Origin: Bifidobacteriaceae bacterium
Lineage (GTDB): Bacteria; Actinomycetota; Actinomycetes; Actinomycetales; WQXJ01
Reading direction: 5' to 3'
Length of the DNA stretch: 64,000 nucleotides
Assembly: GCA_031281585.1 (NCBI GenBank)
Contig: JAITFE010000060.1
Location: 26,782 to 90,781, forward strand
How positions within the stretch are numbered: the first letter of the stretch is position 1; each line of letters begins with the position of its first letter. A program made the position numbers and the translations under genes. The notes below the pieces were generated by a model. That model saw only the letters and a list, made by a program, of their open reading frames with translations, made no database searches and had not been told where the DNA came from. This document shows, in pieces, positions 9,001 through 21,000 of this stretch.

Positions 9001-12000
9001 GGCTGCGCCAGCCAAGAGGCGTCCGGATCAGGCGCGGCGGCCCCGAAGCGAACCGTGAACGGCACCCCGACATCCGCCCACCCATCCGCTTCCCAGACTT
9101 GGACGCGCCCGGTGAACGTGCCGGCCACGGACGAATAGAGCCGCCAACTGAAGCGGCCAAAAGCGCTGCTCGAGGGGGCACCGGTGAGGCCCTCGACGGC
9201 ATCGTCGGCGATTTTGACCGAAGTTGGCAACCCGGCCAGGCGCACCCGGGCGCCGGGGACCAACAGGCCAGCGGCCGACCGGGCGGTGACGGTCAGGGTG
9301 TACGAGTCGGCGGGCTGGCCGCTGGCCGGCAGCGACACGTCCGCGCCCGTCGCCGGGTCGGCGGTGTCCGGGTCGATGGCCCAGGCAGAATCGGCGGCAC
9401 TGGCCGGGCCGGCGGTGAAGGAGACGGGCTTGGGCGAGCCGTCGACGGGCGCGCCGCCCGCGGTCGCGCTGACCGGGAAGGTGCCCGGCTCCTCGGAGGT
9501 GAAGTGCGCCATGGCCAGGCCAGCCTGCAAGACGCCGCCGTCGAAGCACCATTCGGGCGCGTTGGCGCCGGACGCCGGGTCGCAGGTCGTCACCGTGACC
9601 GTCCCCGTCTGCTGGCCCTTGACGTTCGGGCCCGGCACACCCGGAGCGCCCGCGCCGATCTGGAAGGTGACGGCGCGGCCGCCCAACGGGTTGCCGAAGC
9701 TGTCGCGGATCACGACCTGGCCGTAATGGCTCGCCTGGCCGTCCGCCAAGACCAGGTTCTGGGAGACCTCGAAATCCGACTTGACCAGGTCCATCGCGCC
9801 TGCGGTGAGCGTTAAGTCGACGGGGCTGCCGCCCACAATCTGGTCGCCGGCGTAGAAGCCGCAGCCATGCCACGGACCCGCCTTGGTCGAGGCGAAAGGA
9901 ACCGTGGCCGTCCCGGCGGCGTCCGTCAACGCGGACGCGAACCGGGTGTCCTGGTCGGGCGCCTGGGTGCAGAACGCCGCCGGGTCGGATGTGTCCCCGG
10001 ATGGGAAGAACCGGTATTGGATCGGCACGTCCGCCTGTTTGACCGGGTTGCCGCGCTGGTCCCGGAGTTGCACGCTGACCTGGTAGGTCGCGCCGCCAAC
10101 GCCCAGTTGGAGCGGGGCCTTGGGCGTGGCGGTGATCAGCGACCCGGATGGGGAGATCGGCCCGGCCACGAATTGGGCCACGGCGGGAGAGCCCTTTTCG
10201 ATGGGCGTCCAGGCGGCAGCCCCCTCCAACTGGCTTTTGGCCGTGACTTGGTAGACCCCGGCCTTTGTGGCCGTGACGGCGACTTCGGCCAGGCCCGTTT
10301 GCGGGTCGGCCTGTACCACCACTTCGGTTGGCGCCACCTCTGCGGCTGAACTGGGACCATCCCCGTCTCCGATGCCGTCCGGGGCCGCAACGGGACCGTC
10401 CCCGTTTTCGAGGGTCGCCGGGTCCGAAAAGGTACCGTCCCCAGTGTTGGAGGAGGCCGCTTCGAGGTCGGCGGGGAGGGCGAAGGCGACGCGGGCCCCC
10501 GGCACCGGGTTGCCCTGGGCGTCCAGGATGTACGCGCGGACCGGGAGTTGGTCGCGGCCGTCCGCGACCGCTGTGACGCCGGGGCCTTCCAAGTAGGAAA
10601 CGTCCGGTGCGATGGGGCCGGCGGCGAACTCGATGGTCTGCCGGTCCGGCGCCACCGCCGCCGCGCCGATCATGGCGCGGACTTGGTATGAGCCGGCCGC
10701 CTTGGCGGTGAAGGTGACGCCGACCCGACCCGACTGGTCGGTCGTGTGCGGCCCGCGCGGCTGGATCGCCACCGCGCCGGGGACCTCGAACTGGACCTCG
10801 GCGCCGCCCACCGCGAGGTTGCCCGCGTCCCGCACGGTCACCACGGCCTGCCACGAGTCCAGGCCGTCCGCGGCCACGGCGGGGTGGTCGGCGCCAAGCG
10901 CGGTGGTCGGGGTCACCGTCCAAGACGACTGGGCGGCGCTGGGCGCGCCCGGACCGAATTCCAGTTCGGCCGAACCGACTTGAACGCCGCCGACTTCGGC
11001 CGTCACCTGGACCGATTCGACGGCGGTGTCGGAGATGTCGATCCGGGCCAAGCCCGCCGCCGAAGAGGCCACCGTGACGGTTTGGCCGTCTCCGGGGGCG
11101 CCGGCGATCCTGGCCGAGCCGCCCACTTTGAAGGTGACCGGCTCTCCCTCGACCGGGTTGCCGCCGGTCACCGCGTCTTGGACCAGCACTTGGGCGAAGT
11201 GGGCGGACGAGCCGTCGTTCGCCACCTTGGTTCCGGCCGAGGAGGTGAAGACCGAACCGGCCGGCACCGCCGGGCCCGGCCCGAAGCGGGCCGCCAGGAC
11301 CTCACCGACCTGGCCGGACGGGATGGTCGCCTGGACCTCGTAAACCCCGGCCACCGCGACCGTCCAATCGGTCCACTGCGCGGTTCCCCCCGTCGATTCG
11401 ACCACCTTGGAGCCGGACCAAACGCCCGCGCCCTGGGGCCGCCAGTTGAAGGTGACGGGCACGGAGGCGGCGGTGTAGGGGTTGCCGGAGGCGTCGAACA
11501 GCCTCACCGTGGGGGTGTGGAACCCCGTGCGGACGGGCATGACCTGGTTGGCGGTGGGGATGGCGAAAAGGGACCGGCCGGCGGAGACGGCGGCGTTGAC
11601 GAAGACGGCCTTGGCCGGGCTGCCCTCGGTGATGGCCATCGCGCCCACGGTGGCGGTGACGTCGTAGACGCCGACCACCTTGGAGGCCAAGACCAGCCGG
11701 GCCTGGCCGGAGGCGTCGGCGTGCACCGCGACCGTGACCGGGCCCGGCGTCTCAAGGCGGGTGGCCTCTTCGACGGCCGTCACATTCGCCGGGATTGCGA
11801 AGGCGACCGAGGCCCCGGCCAGGGGGTTCGACTGGGCGTCCCGCAACTCGGCGGTGATGATCTGCTGTTCCCGGTAGTCCGCCTTGGCCGGGCCGGTTCT
11901 GGGCCCGATCAGACGGGACGTCAAGGCGTCCGGCGGACCCGGATTGAACACGACCTGGGCGGACTTGGCGCTGGCGCCGGCCTGGCCCAGCGACAATTGG

Positions 12001-15000
12001 TCGCCGCCCAGTTCGACCGTGACGTTGAATGAGCCCGCCTGAGTCGACGTCACCTCGTGAACCGCCGTGCCGGACTGGCCGTCAAGACGCCCGGAAGTGA
12101 CCGGGTACTGCAGGACGCGGCCGGTCGCCGGGTCGGTCACCTTGACGATGGCGCGGACCCCGTTCAGCGGGTGCCCGTCCACGCTGCGGAGGTTGACCGT
12201 GACGCGGTAGGAGTCGCGCCCGTCCGCGGTGGCCGGATTCCCGGCGTTGGCCGGGTTGCGGTCCACCGTGAACCAGGACGTGGTCGGCTCCGCGGTGTCG
12301 CTGGTGAAGACCAGGTCCTTGGGGTCGGTCTGGCTGGCGCCGAAGACGCCCACCACCGGGAAGGCGCCCTCGAATTCGGACACCACGTCAGCGGTCAAGT
12401 AGCCGTCTGGACCGGATTCGCCGTCAACCTCCTTGCGGCCGTCCGCCAAAGGGGTGAAGACGGGCCCGTCCCCGGCCCCGGTCAATTTGAAGCCCAGGGC
12501 GACCCCGGACAGGGCGTTGCCCTGCGCGTCCTGGGCCTTCATCCGGACCCACAGCGGATGGGCGCCGGTCGCGGGCGCCACGGAGTCTTGGACCTCGAAC
12601 GAGGCGAGCGTCCGCGCCAGGTCGAGGGGCCCCGCGACAAACCGCGCAGTGGCGGGCGAACCGGTGACCTCCGCGCCCGCCAGGTAGGCCCGCACCTGGA
12701 AAGCGGCCGCCTGGGTGGACGCGAAGTCGACCGCCGCCAGCCCCTCCCGGTCCGCCGCGACCGCCAGTTCGGTCAGGCGGGCCTCGTCGGGGCCGTAGCG
12801 GAAGAACACTTGGGCGCCCGCCACCGGGTTGCCGAAAGCGTCTTCGACCCGCACCTCGGCCCGGTGGGTTTGCCTGCCGTCCGCCACTTTGGTGGCGCCG
12901 CCGGCCGCCGTTGGGACGGTCAGAACCGATTTGTCCGATGCCGCCGGGCCAGCCGTGAAAGCCAGTAGCGCCCGGCCGCTGGTCGCCAGAGTCGCGCTTT
13001 CCCGCGCGTCTTTGACCACCGAGATGTCATCGCCGTCCAGTTTGGCGCTGACCGGGTATTCGCCGGCGGCGGTGGATTTGTACAACACGGTGGCGTAGCC
13101 GCCGCTGATGGGCGCGTCGACCGTGGGCATGGGGCCGCCTGCGGTGTCGGTACCCGCCACGGTGGCGGTCAGCCCCGGAGGCACGGTGAACACGACTCGG
13201 CCGGCGCCGGCGTTGTTGCCGGAGGCGTCCCGGATGTGCGCCTTGACCTGCAGTTGGTCGGCGCCGTTGGCGACGGCCGAGCCGTCCGGTTGCACCAGCC
13301 ACGATTCGACGGCGGCCCCGGCGCCGGCGTTGAAGCGCAACGTCACCGGATCCGGCGCGACGGGCGCCCATTGGTTCCCGGTCGTGTTCACCTGCACGGT
13401 GGCGGTGTACACGCCCGCCGTCGCCGAGTAGAGGTTCCAGGTGTGGGTCCCGTAGTTGGCGGAGGCCGGGGCGCCGGTGGCGCCCCCCGTCCCGCCGGCC
13501 TGGACAATGTGGACTTTGGTGGTGTCCAGGCCCACCAACCGGACCCTGGCGTCCGGCACCAAGATGCCGCTGGCGGACTTGACCTGCACCGTTAGCGTGT
13601 AGGCGTCGTCCGGGTTGCCCGAGGCCTCGATGGACGCCTGCGGCGCGGCGGCCGTGTCCGGGTCGAGGACGTAGGAGGACGCGGCCGCGTCCGGCGAGCC
13701 CGCGACGAAGGACACCGGCTGCGGGGCACCCGCCACGGTCGCGCCGCCCACGGCGGCCGTGACGTTGAAGGACCCCGGTTCCTGCGAGGTGATAGCCACT
13801 TGGGCCTTGCCGGGCTGGTCGCACCAGGTCGGTTGGCCCGGGGCGGTCGGATCGCAGGCTGTGACCACCCCGTCCGGCGGCGCCAGTGTGGGCCCCGGCA
13901 CGCCCGGCGCTCCCGCGGCGACGCCGAAGCTGACCTGGGCGCCGGGGACCGGGTTCCCATTGACGTCTTTGACGATCGCCCAGGCCGCATGGCTGGCCGC
14001 GCCGTCCGCCAGGACGTTGCCGGGCGTGACCTCGAACTGGGAGGCTCCGGCGGCCGCTCCCAACGGGTTGAACCGCAATTGAAGGGGTGAGCCCTGCGCC
14101 ACCGTCGCCGCCCCGACCTGGGCCGTCGCCCGCCAAACGCCCGCGCGGGTGGTCGTGAAGGTGGTGGCGGCCACCCCGGCCGAATCGGTCAGCACGCTCC
14201 TGGTCACCGGCGCCACCCCCGGCGCGGGCATGGTGCCGTCAGGCTGCATCAACTCGAAGGTGAAAGCCACCGGCAGGCCGGCGGTCTCCACCCGGTTGCC
14301 GTATTGGTCCATCAACTCGGCCTTGACGGAAAAGGCGGTGATCCCGTCCGCCGGGAGCGGCCCCTGAGGGACGCTCGAGATGACTGAATGGGCCGGCGAG
14401 ACGGGGCCGGCGACAAAGGTTGCCAGGGCCGGAGAGCCCCCTGTGATGTCTTGGTACGCGTCCTCGCCGCCGCCCCGCACGGCAGCCGTGACCTCATAGG
14501 TCCCGGCCGTGAAGGAGACCAAGGCGAGTTGGGCGCGCCCCTGGCCGTCCACTTCCACCTCCGCGCTGGCCCCTGCAGCCAGGGCGGCGCCGGCGGGCAC
14601 GTCGAAGCGCACCGTCGCGCCGGTCACCGGGTTTCCGTGCGCGTCGGCGACGGTGGCGGTCACAACCTGGGTGGCCTGTCCGTCCGCGACCGCGCTGGAG
14701 GCGGGCCCGGTCAGGAACGTCCGGCCGGGTTCATGGCTGATGGGACCCGCCACAAAGGTGATCTGTTGGTCGGCTTCGGGGATCGGATCGGCGCCAATCA
14801 GCGCGTTGACCGTGTAGGTTCCGGCCACCACGGAGGTGAACTGGACCTCGAGGCGTCCGTCCGAGCCGGTCAGGTGGGGGCCGGCGGGACTGACTGTGAC
14901 GGCCGGCGGCGCGGCGATTCCTACTTCGACCCCTTCCTTGACCTGGCCGTCCACGTTCAACACCAGCACCGTCGCGGTGAAGCTCGCCTGGCCGTCCGCG

Positions 15001-18000
15001 ACCAGGGGCCCAGCCGGGGCGATGGACCACGAGGACCTGGACGGGTCGGCCGCGCTCTTGGCGAAGATGAGATCGGCCTCGCCTATCCGGTCGGCTTGGT
15101 TTATGACCGCCTGCACGTGGGTTGTTGTGTCCTCCCCTGAGGCGATCCTGACGCTGGCCGAACCGGTCGCAGAGGTGGTCACCGCGCAGGTCCGCGCGCC
15201 GCAGCCAGCGCCCGCGAAGTGGGCGGCGGTGTCGCCCGAAAGGCCGAAGGACACCGCCTCGCCCGCGACCGGGTTGCCCAAGGCGTCCCGCACCTGGACT
15301 GTGGCCGAGTGGGTGTCCACGTCGTTGGCCACCACCACGCCCACCGAGGCGCTGAAGGAGGAGTTGGCGGCGCTGGCCGGCCCGGCTTTGAACCGTGCCT
15401 GGCGGGCTGGAACAGCCTCGGCGATTCGCCCCGCCGCCACGTCGGCTCGAACCTCGTAGGCGCCCGCGCGGTCCACCGTGAAGTCCGTCCAGTCGGCAAC
15501 GCCGTCAACGCTTTCGACAATTGGCCCGGCGGACCAAACCGAGGCGCCCGCCAACCTGTAATAGAAGCTGACCAGAACCGCAGGCGTGTACAGGTTGCCG
15601 GAAACGTCCCTGAGCGTCGCCTGGGCGGTGTGGAATTCGACCGCCACGGTCTTGACCTGGCCCGCCGTCGGGATGGTCAACTCCGAGCGGCCGGGGTCAA
15701 GGTCGGCGTTGACAAAGACGGCCAGCGCCGGCGAACCGTCGCCGATCGCCTGAGCCGCCAGGCGGGCCGTGACGGCGTAGGCCCCGGTCTTGGTCGAAAC
15801 GAGGGTCAGCTCAGCGACCCCCAAATCGGCCCCGCCCGCGCCCGAGTCGACCACCACCCGGGCGGGTCCGGGCACCTGGCGCCCGTCGCCGGTCACCGCG
15901 GAAACATCAGCCGGGATGGCGAACTCGACCACCTCGCCGCCCACCGGGTTGCCGTTGGCGTCCGCGATCTCCGCCCTGACCACCTGGGTTTCCCGGCCGT
16001 CAGCCTTGGCCGGGGCCACGGGCGCGACCAGGCGCGAGGCGCCCGGCCCCACAGCTGCGGGGCCCGGCAGGAAGGTCACCGCGACCGACTTGACGCCCGG
16101 ATCGGACTCCGTGCCCAAGCGGTTGTTGCCAATCGCCACCGTCACATCCCAGACCCCCGCTTTGAGCGTCCTCAAGTCCACCGTGGCCTGGCCGCGTCCG
16201 GCGCTGCCCGAACGAACAGGGTAGAAGACCGGCGCCGCGCCGGGGATGTTCCTTGGGGAGAAGCCGACCTGGGCGCCGGCGTTGTTGACGGGCACGTTGT
16301 TCGCGTCCCGCAAACTGACCGTCACCACATAGGCGTCCGACCCGTCCGCGAAGGCGGGCTGGCCCACGTTGGACTGGGACCGCTCGACCCGGAACCGCGA
16401 CTTGTCGGGATCCGCGGACAAGTTGGAGAAGTGGACCTGCCTCACCGCCGACTGGGATGTTTGCCAGACCCCGCGCACGTCGAAATCGCCCGGCCAAACC
16501 GAATAGACGAAGGCTCTGGCCACCCCGTCCGGACCCGACTTGGCGGCCGCCTCCTTGGCCCCGCCCAGGGCGTCGCCAAAGGCGGGCCCCTGATTGCCGT
16601 CATAGACCAGAGCGAATTTGAGATCGGCCCCCTCGACCGGATTGCCGTATTGATCCTGGGCGGTCAATTGGGCGGCCGCGTTCGCCACGCCATCAGCCCG
16701 TTTGACGGTCGAATCGACCGTGAACGAGCCGAGGGTCGCCCAACGGTCCACGGGACCTGGCGAAAAGCGGGCTTGCTTGGGCGACCCGGCGGCATCGGCG
16801 GCGGTGCCCTCGACACGGGCCCAAACCGTCCAAGTGGTCGCCACTGTGGAGCCGAAATCGTAGCTGGCCACGCCCTGGCCGTCTGCGGCGACGGCGGCCG
16901 TGGAGCCGGTCACCAACCGGCCGGCCAGGTCGGTGTGCTCCCACCGGAACACCACCTGGCTGGAACCGTCCACAATGGCGTTGCCCTGCGCGTCCCTGAC
17001 CTGGACTTGGGCGGTGTGCTTCTCGACTCCGCCGACTTCCTTCGCGGCCAAGCCGTCAACCCCGGCGGTCGGAATGGACAGCTCGGACATGGCCGGGTCG
17101 GGCGGGCCCGGCGTGAACGTGACCTCGGCTTGGCCGTCAACGCGCAACGTGGTGTCCTCGGCCGCGTTCTTGACGGTTTCCACCGGCTCACCGGCCACGG
17201 TGGCGCTGACCTTGTGGACGGCAGCCACGGTGGCGGCAAGGTCGATGCGGGCCTGGCCGTCGGCGATCGGGGCGGTGACGGCGCCGGGCCCGGTGACGGT
17301 GACGCCGCCGGAGGCCGGGTTGACGGCGGAGGTCCCCGCGGGGATGGCGAACACCGCCGACCCGCCCGCCGCCGGATTGCCCTGCTCGTCAAACGCGCGG
17401 ACCATGACCGGCCGGGTGGCCACCCCGTCGGCCGGGGCGGAACCGGACGGCTGGACCAGCCATGACTCGGCGGCCACGGGCGGGCCGGCCACCAGGTTGG
17501 CGTAACGGTTGCCGTCCGGTGCCAGCGGCAGGAAGGCGCCGCCGGCCTCCACCACAATCTGCTGCCTGCCTGCCTTCAGCCCTGTGAAGTCGGCCGTGTA
17601 GCGGCCGTTCACCGCCGGATCGGGGGTGAACGCCGAGATCTTGACGCCGGCCCCGACCGGGCCGGAGGCGACCAGGGCCGCCCCGGCCGTGGTGATCGGG
17701 TTGGCGTTGTCCCCGATCAGGGTGGCCGTGATCACCCCCGTGTCGCGGCCGTTGGCCACCACCTCTTCACTCGACACGGTGAAGCTTGACGCGTTCGCGT
17801 CGATCTCGGTGTCCTTCCAAGTCAGAACCTTGGGAGAGCCTTTCACCGGCCGCCATTGGCCGCCCGCCATGATCTCCGCGACAATGACGCACCGGGAATC
17901 GGCGGCGGAGTTGACCTCGGCGGGGGCCTTGCCGTCCCCCGAGGTGCGCAAGATGATCTGGTTGGCCGGGTCGGCCGGGTCGGCCGTGGAATGGACGAAC

Positions 18001-21000
18001 TCGGCCGCGCAAGGCTGGCTGAGGGTGAGCCGCACCTCGGCTCCCGCGACCGGATTGTTCCGGCCGGCGTCCCAAACGCGCACGCCCGGGTGGAACGCGA
18101 CGCCGGTGTCGTGGCTGATCGAATCGCCGCCATCCGGCTCGTCCGCCGGGTCGTTCCAGTTGTCGAACCCCTCGGTCTCCTCCGGATAGAGCGTCGGGTC
18201 GCCCAGGACGAAGACCGACCAGTCCGGGTCGGGGGGCGGGGTGGCGAACACCGCGGTCACATGGTCGTTGCCCGTCCCCTCCTCCGCAATCGTCTGTTTG
18301 GCGCCGTCGGCCCCCGTGTAGGTGACGCTGACCGTCTTCGAGCCCGCGCGTCCGGAATAGACCTCCAATGCGTAGACGCCGTCCGGGCACCGGCCGCCGA
18401 CGGGCGCGGCCGCGCAGCCGAACTGGCCCGCCGAGCCGGCCGGGGCGGCGAAGTAGACCTTCGCGTCCGGGCTGGAAGCGGCCAACCGGCCGATCGCGTC
18501 CTCATAGGGGCGCCCCTCGGCGTCCCGCAGGGTCACCGTGACGGTTTGCCTTCCCCAACTGGCCGGCTGCGAGCCGGGGGCGTCGTGGTTGGCCGGCTGG
18601 TCGGCATCGGCGGTGATGCTCATGCCCGAACCGGACGTGGACGGGCCGGGCGGGGCGAACTCGAACGTCTGGGGCTCCGCCAAGTAGGCGAGGCTCGAAT
18701 CGGCTTGCGCGAAGCTCACCCTCTTGCCGGAATACGCGGCGGCCTGGTCGGACCAGATTCTGACCTGGTAGAGGCCCGCCTGACCGGACGCCGTGTCCTC
18801 GGCGAACTCAACCCGGTTGGGGGGCGGCGCCAGCTCGGCCCAAGCCAGCTTCCCGGCCGCGAGCGCGCCCGTGATCGGGTTGCCGTTGGCGTCCCTCAGC
18901 GTCACAACGCCCTCATGGTAGGTGTTGGCGGCGGCGCCGTTGGCGGCGGAGGCGAACCGGACGCCTGTGGAGGTGACGTCGAAGGTGGAGGTGGCCGGAT
19001 CGATCGAGGCCATCGGCAGGAAAGTGGCAGTGACGTGCCTGCGGTTCGGGTCCTGTCGGCTCGGCAGCGCGCCGTTCACACCGCTGACCCACACGCCCAA
19101 GCTCTTGGGGCCCGACTTGGTCGAATAGACAGCCACCGTGTAGCGGCCCTCGCGGCCGTCGGCCTTGTCCTCGGCCACTGCGCCGAACACCACGCCGACC
19201 TCCGCCGGGCAGGTGGTCCCCGGCGCCGAGTCGGCCCCGGCCGCGCAGGTCTTGGCAAAGTCCGCGTCGGTCAACCCGGTCACCCCGTTGCCCGCCGCGT
19301 CTGCGACCTGGATGCCCAGCACGTAGAAGTCGCCTTGGCCGGCGCCCGCCACGCCGTAGTTGGCCGTCCTGTCGGCGGTGTCCGCAAGATCGATCTGGCC
19401 GGACGCCGCCGCGCCCTCTTTGAACCAGACGTCGACCGGCGAGGTCGCGGTCGGCTCGCCCGTGGCGGCGTTGTCCAGATAGGCCCCGTCCACGTTGGCG
19501 GTCAAGTCGTAGCCGCCCCTGACGCTGGCGATCACGCGGACGGGCGTGTCGCAGGCGCCGTCCTGGCCCACCACGCAGGTGTGGGACTGCCCCGCGTCCT
19601 GCCAGGTGGCGGCGTCGTTCTCCGAATACTGGAACCGCGCGCCGGCTTGGGTGGCGCCGGTGCCGGCGCGTGGGGCGAGGGCGAGGGCGACCTCGGCGCC
19701 GCCGACGGGCACGGTCACCGCGGCGCCGGCCTGGTCTTGGACAACGCCTTTTAGAGCCACAACGACGGCGGCGTTGCCGTCCGGGATGGTCAGGCGGTCG
19801 GCGGACGCCGAATTGCCGCTCGGATCCGCCGTCACCGTCGAGACGGCGAAGTCGACGGCCGGGGCGTAGGTTAGCTGGCAGGTGATGTCGGCGGGGAGGC
19901 GGCCGGCGGCCGGTACGGGGACGGTCACCTTGGCGGCCGCCTGGTCGACGGCGGCGCCCAGGTCAGTTTGAGTCGCCGAGTCGTAGCACCAGGTGTCGAC
20001 CGGCTTGCCCGCCTGGACGCCGGCGCTCAGCCGCCAGCCGTTCATTCCAGCCGCCGATGCCGCGCCCACACCCGTCGTGTCGAGCACCACCGGCGCTGTT
20101 CGGGACGTCAGGGCGTGGCCGGTTCGGGAGACCTCAAAGGTCCCGCTCGCGTTGGTGAGGATGCGGTCCTGGGCCGACGAGGGGCCTGCTCCCGCCACGT
20201 TCGCAAGGGCCAGGTTGGCGTTGGCGGCGTTCCCGCCCAAGGTCCGCGCCTGAACTCTCAGGACCCCTCCGGCCAGCCCCAAGGCGTAGTCCTCGATTTC
20301 CCCTTGGGGCGCCCAGGCGTCTTTGGCGCCGTCCACGGGACCGTGCGAGGTGGCGGTGAAACCCGTGTCGGGGCCGACCCTCAGCCGGGCGAAAAGCGGG
20401 GTGACGCTACCCTTGGGCGCGCCTTGGTCCGCTTGGTAATCGCAGTAGACGTAGCCCTCGGCGTCTGGCGCGTCATCGCAGCCGCCGCCAGCGCCCAACA
20501 AGGGCCGGTCCATGGCGGACGCGGCGACTCCCCCTTCGGTCAGACTGGTGATCCAAGCTTTGACGTGCGCGTTCTTGACCGCGTCCGCTAGACCGGAGGC
20601 TTTGGCCCTGAACCGGTACCTCCCGCCGGACACCATGATCTGGCCCTGGGCAGGCGCCCAGGAGCGGTCGGCGTCGGTTTCCCCCGCCACCACCGGCGCC
20701 ATCTCCAGCCCGTCGTCGGTGGCGTGGGCGTCCGCCAGCGCGCTGGGTTGGCCGTCGGCGTAGGCGCCGGCGGCGGCCCCCAGGTACAGGTAGCGGTCGG
20801 ATCCGAGCCGGGCGTTGGCGTAGGGGCCCTGCTGCGCGTTCGTGGTCTTGTAGGAGGCCGGCGCGTCGCCCCAAGACCCGGTCGTTGTGATCCCGAAGTC
20901 GGCGGTGACCACCGCCAGGTCCGACCTCATGACGACATGCGACACGATCCCGGCCCCGCCGGACGCGGCCAGCGGATCGGCGACGTTTGGGGGGTCCACC

